Source: Paraburkholderia sp.
GTDB taxonomy: Bacteria; Pseudomonadota; Gammaproteobacteria; Burkholderiales; Burkholderiaceae
Assembly: GCA_036264535.1 (NCBI GenBank)
Contig: DATAQT010000092.1
Location: 33,617-97,616 of the forward strand
Direction of reading: 5' to 3'
Length of the DNA: 64,000 nucleotides
The position numbers and the translations under genes are program-made. Of the stretch, positions 61,750-64,000 are shown piece by piece. The notes beneath the pieces are model-generated. The model was not told the origin of the DNA and made no database searches. It was given only the letters and a program-made list of their open reading frames with translations. The first letter of the stretch is position 1, and every line of letters starts with the position of its first letter.

Positions 61750-62056
61750 ATGCCAGCTCTTCAGCCATTTGCGGCGAATATTTGGACTGCGCCGGCCTCA
61801 CATACTTTCTTGGATTTGCATGTCGGCACACGCATGACGATCGTCCGGCTCTCATCGGGCAAGTTGCTGCTGCATTCACCGATTCCGTTGAGCGACGAAT
61901 TGCGCGCAGCCATTGATGCCTTGGGGCCGGTCGCACATATCGTCTGTCCGAACCTGTTTTCATCACATGTATGCAGCGGAAGCTGCCGCGGCTTACCCGA
62001 GCGCGAAGTTGCACGGCCCGGTTGCGTTGCAGCGCAAGCGAAAGGATTCAGGCTAG
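61750..62056 (+). pseudogene. frameshifted and truncated DUF4336-family gene
   Basis: TRMTIVRL..LLLHSP..LGPVAHIVCPNLF, then an extra T at 61957-61960; the shifted frame resumes HHMYAAE..YPSAKLHG..KRKD and stops at 62056. Confidence 0.75.
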
Positions 62057-62245
62057 GCGATCAACGCGTTCTCACCCACTCTGAGTCGACTTCGGAAGTT
62101 CGGCGCTTGGCGGCGTTCGGTCCTGGCCAGGTAGCCCTGAGCCATCCGTCAAACCGACAGTGCAAATCTCGCTCACCAAACTCGATTCTTTGCAGGTGCT
62201 AAGCTGGCGACAAACTGCAACACCCGGCACCTGATGAGGAACCCG

Positions 62246-62524
62246 ATGACGATTCAACCCGTTTCAGCGACAGAGGGTGTCTTGAGCTTGTCGCAACCCG
62301 TGCTTGCGAATGACGAGATGCATTTTTCAGCCTTTGGGCCGGGCTGGGGTTTCTGTTCGTATGCGCTACCAGCAGCTCTCGTGGTAGCACGTCTCGGTGC
62401 CGCCAACCTGTCTGAGCAGCAACTCAACCTCGCCTTTCAGGTCAACAGACTACGCATTACGCAGGTGGTTATCGAGGCCGGCACCTCGGAGACTGGCGAG
62501 CGAGTCCGTCTCAAGGAGATCTAA
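62246..62524 (+). CDS. hypothetical protein
   Basis: GAGGA RBS; 92-aa ORF with a LGA...QL.LAF..N motif. Confidence 0.6.
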   Translation: MTIQPVSATEGVLSLSQPVLANDEMHFSAFGPGWGFCSYALPAALVVARLGAANLSEQQLNLAFQVNRLRITQVVIEAGTSETGERVRLKEI

Positions 62525-62542
62525 CCCGCTCTCGCATCACCT

Positions 62543-62923
62543 TTACTTTCCCCGCAGGCCGTTGCGCTTTTCACCAAGAGCTTTCACGATGACCTTTGTC
62601 GGCGCACTGGTCGCAAGTCGGGAAATATCTTCAAGGTGCACCCAACGGCATCTGGCGATCTCGTTGCTCGCGCGAGCCTTGGCTCGCTTTGAGACGTCAC
62701 AGAAAAAGACATGATGGTGCTTCTGTGCTCCACGATGCTGAAAGAGATACCTGGCTGACTTGCCAGAGAGGCGTGTCTCCTCCTTGAGTTCGCGAAGTGC
62801 GGCATCCGACAGATGTTCGCCGTGCTTGAGAATCCCGCCCGGCAAAGCCCATTTCGATTGGCTGCGTGCAACCAGCAGGATTCGGTTGCCTCTACGGCAG
62901 ATCACGGTGGCGCGTTTCTTCAA
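62543..62923 (-). CDS. NUDIX hydrolase
   Basis: WALPGG..GE...AALRELKEET Nudix box. Confidence 0.9.
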   Translation of the reverse strand: MKKRATVICRRGNRILLVARSQSKWALPGGILKHGEHLSDAALRELKEETRLSGKSARYLFQHRGAQKHHHVFFCDVSKRAKARASNEIARCRWVHLEDISRLATSAPTKVIVKALGEKRNGLRGK

Positions 62924-63166
62924 ACCGAGCTCCCACTTCTGTTTTACATATTTCGGGGCGCGTTCACTGCGCCCGCGCGTCGGGCAAATACTGTCTCGCG
63001 TGAAATCCTAATACAGAACAGCGGCGGCACAAAGATGTTGTACCGCAAGGGCAATGTAAATGCGACGTTTCGTATGCATTTCATCAAAGTGTCACAGGAA
63101 TTACTGTGCTCAATGATGACTGTGATATGGTCTTGACACACATAATGTGTCGGACTTGAGGCTTAA

Positions 63167-64000
63167 ATGGATATGGATGGTGACTGGGCTCTGCCACGGC
63201 CTAACGCTCTCATCAAAATCGACCGGCGAGCGGCCGGCTCATCTCTCTTAGGAACAAGCTCGATCGCCAGTACCTTCTCGTCTCTGGCGACGCCAGTCGT
63301 AGCCGAGGCGGTGCAAAGGGCGAACGAGCTGTCCACGAAGAGCGACGCCGAGGGGTTTCATCAGCTTCGAGTCGCGTTCAGAAAGCTCCGTGCCTTATTT
63401 TGGGCCTACTCCCCCTACCTCGGAGAGGAAGCCACCGCACAAGCCACCGAAGAATTCAAGCAACTTGCTGCGGTTGCGGGCGGAACGCGTGACTGGGACA
63501 TCGCAGGCGATCTCCTGAAAGCCGCCTCGGAGTCACGCGCGTCAATCGAACTGCTCGTGAGCGCTGCACGCGATAAGCGTGCGCAGGCGGTAGAACATAG
63601 CCTGACTATGATCAGGAGCGACGAAGTTGAGGCATTCCTGAACGATGCCCTGCTTCTTGCGCAAACCACGCTGCAATCTCGCTGCAACGATCTTCCCATT
63701 CGCCCCTTCGCGGAAGAACGCGTCCGTCTGGCGCAGCGCGCACTTCAAAGGCGAAGCAGACGTGCGGCACTGAACGAACCGGCGCATGAGGAGGAACTTC
63801 ACGACGTGAGAAAGGCGGGCAAAAAGCTTAGATACCTGCTCGAGTTTTTCAAGCCAGTTATCAAAGACAGGTACGGTCGCACTATCAAGGAGTTGACGTC
63901 CGTGCAGAACAAGCTGGGCCAGTTCAATGATATTGCCGCAAGCGAGGCGTTGATTCGCAGCGCGTCATTCAACGGGGTTCCACCCGAGGTCGTGCGGGAA
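63167..64000 (+). CDS. CHAD-domain (polyphosphate-binding) protein, 3' end beyond the window; absent from the ORF track
   Basis: Open frame with FHQLRVAFRKLR, GGTRDWDI, LHDVRKAGKKLRYLLEF and QNKLGQFND motifs. Confidence 0.85.
   Translation, partial: MDMDGDWALPRPNALIKIDRRAAGSSLLGTSSIASTFSSLATPVVAEAVQRANELSTKSDAEGFHQLRVAFRKLRALFWAYSPYLGEEATAQATEEFKQLAAVAGGTRDWDIAGDLLKAASESRASIELLVSAARDKRAQAVEHSLTMIRSDEVEAFLNDALLLAQTTLQSRCNDLPIRPFAEERVRLAQRALQRRSRRAALNEPAHEEELHDVRKAGKKLRYLLEFFKPVIKDRYGRTIKELTSVQNKLGQFNDIAASEALIRSASFNGVPPEVVRE

Overview
GC-rich Burkholderiaceae-like DNA (probably Paraburkholderia; inferred from gene content and codon style), resembling an accessory or secondary-replicon region, with about 70 genes. 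Family calls come from motif recognition by eye; no database search was run. In order: the end of a split CcdA + thioredoxin pair, MipA, a Tat amidohydrolase and a GH3 beta-glucosidase; small regulator/enzyme modules; two sugar ABC systems (one with an RpiR regulator, one with GntR and L-fuconate dehydratase); a lysR'-'ridA deletion scar in front of two PLP C-S lyases; a divergent-looking block beside tRNA-Leu(GAG); an atypical heme-copper oxidase cluster; a GH54-type lipoprotein; and a leader-peptide attenuator before a YunG-like gene. A second foreign-looking block (about 51-64 kb) holds RsbQ + a PAS hybrid kinase, a two-component system with exported MsrB-DipZ-MsrA, a cobalt nitrile hydratase, a DUF4336 pseudogene, NUDIX and CHAD. 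No CRISPR array, transposase or integrase was seen. Best candidates for undescribed biology: (i) the 39.6-46.4 kb oxidase cluster, where a fused subunit I+III carries substitutions at three canonical proton-channel positions and sits in one gene run with a NOX-like flavocytochrome and a 33-aa membrane peptide; (ii) the apparently leaderless His/Arg/ATA-rich uORF plus terminator controlling the YunG-like gene.
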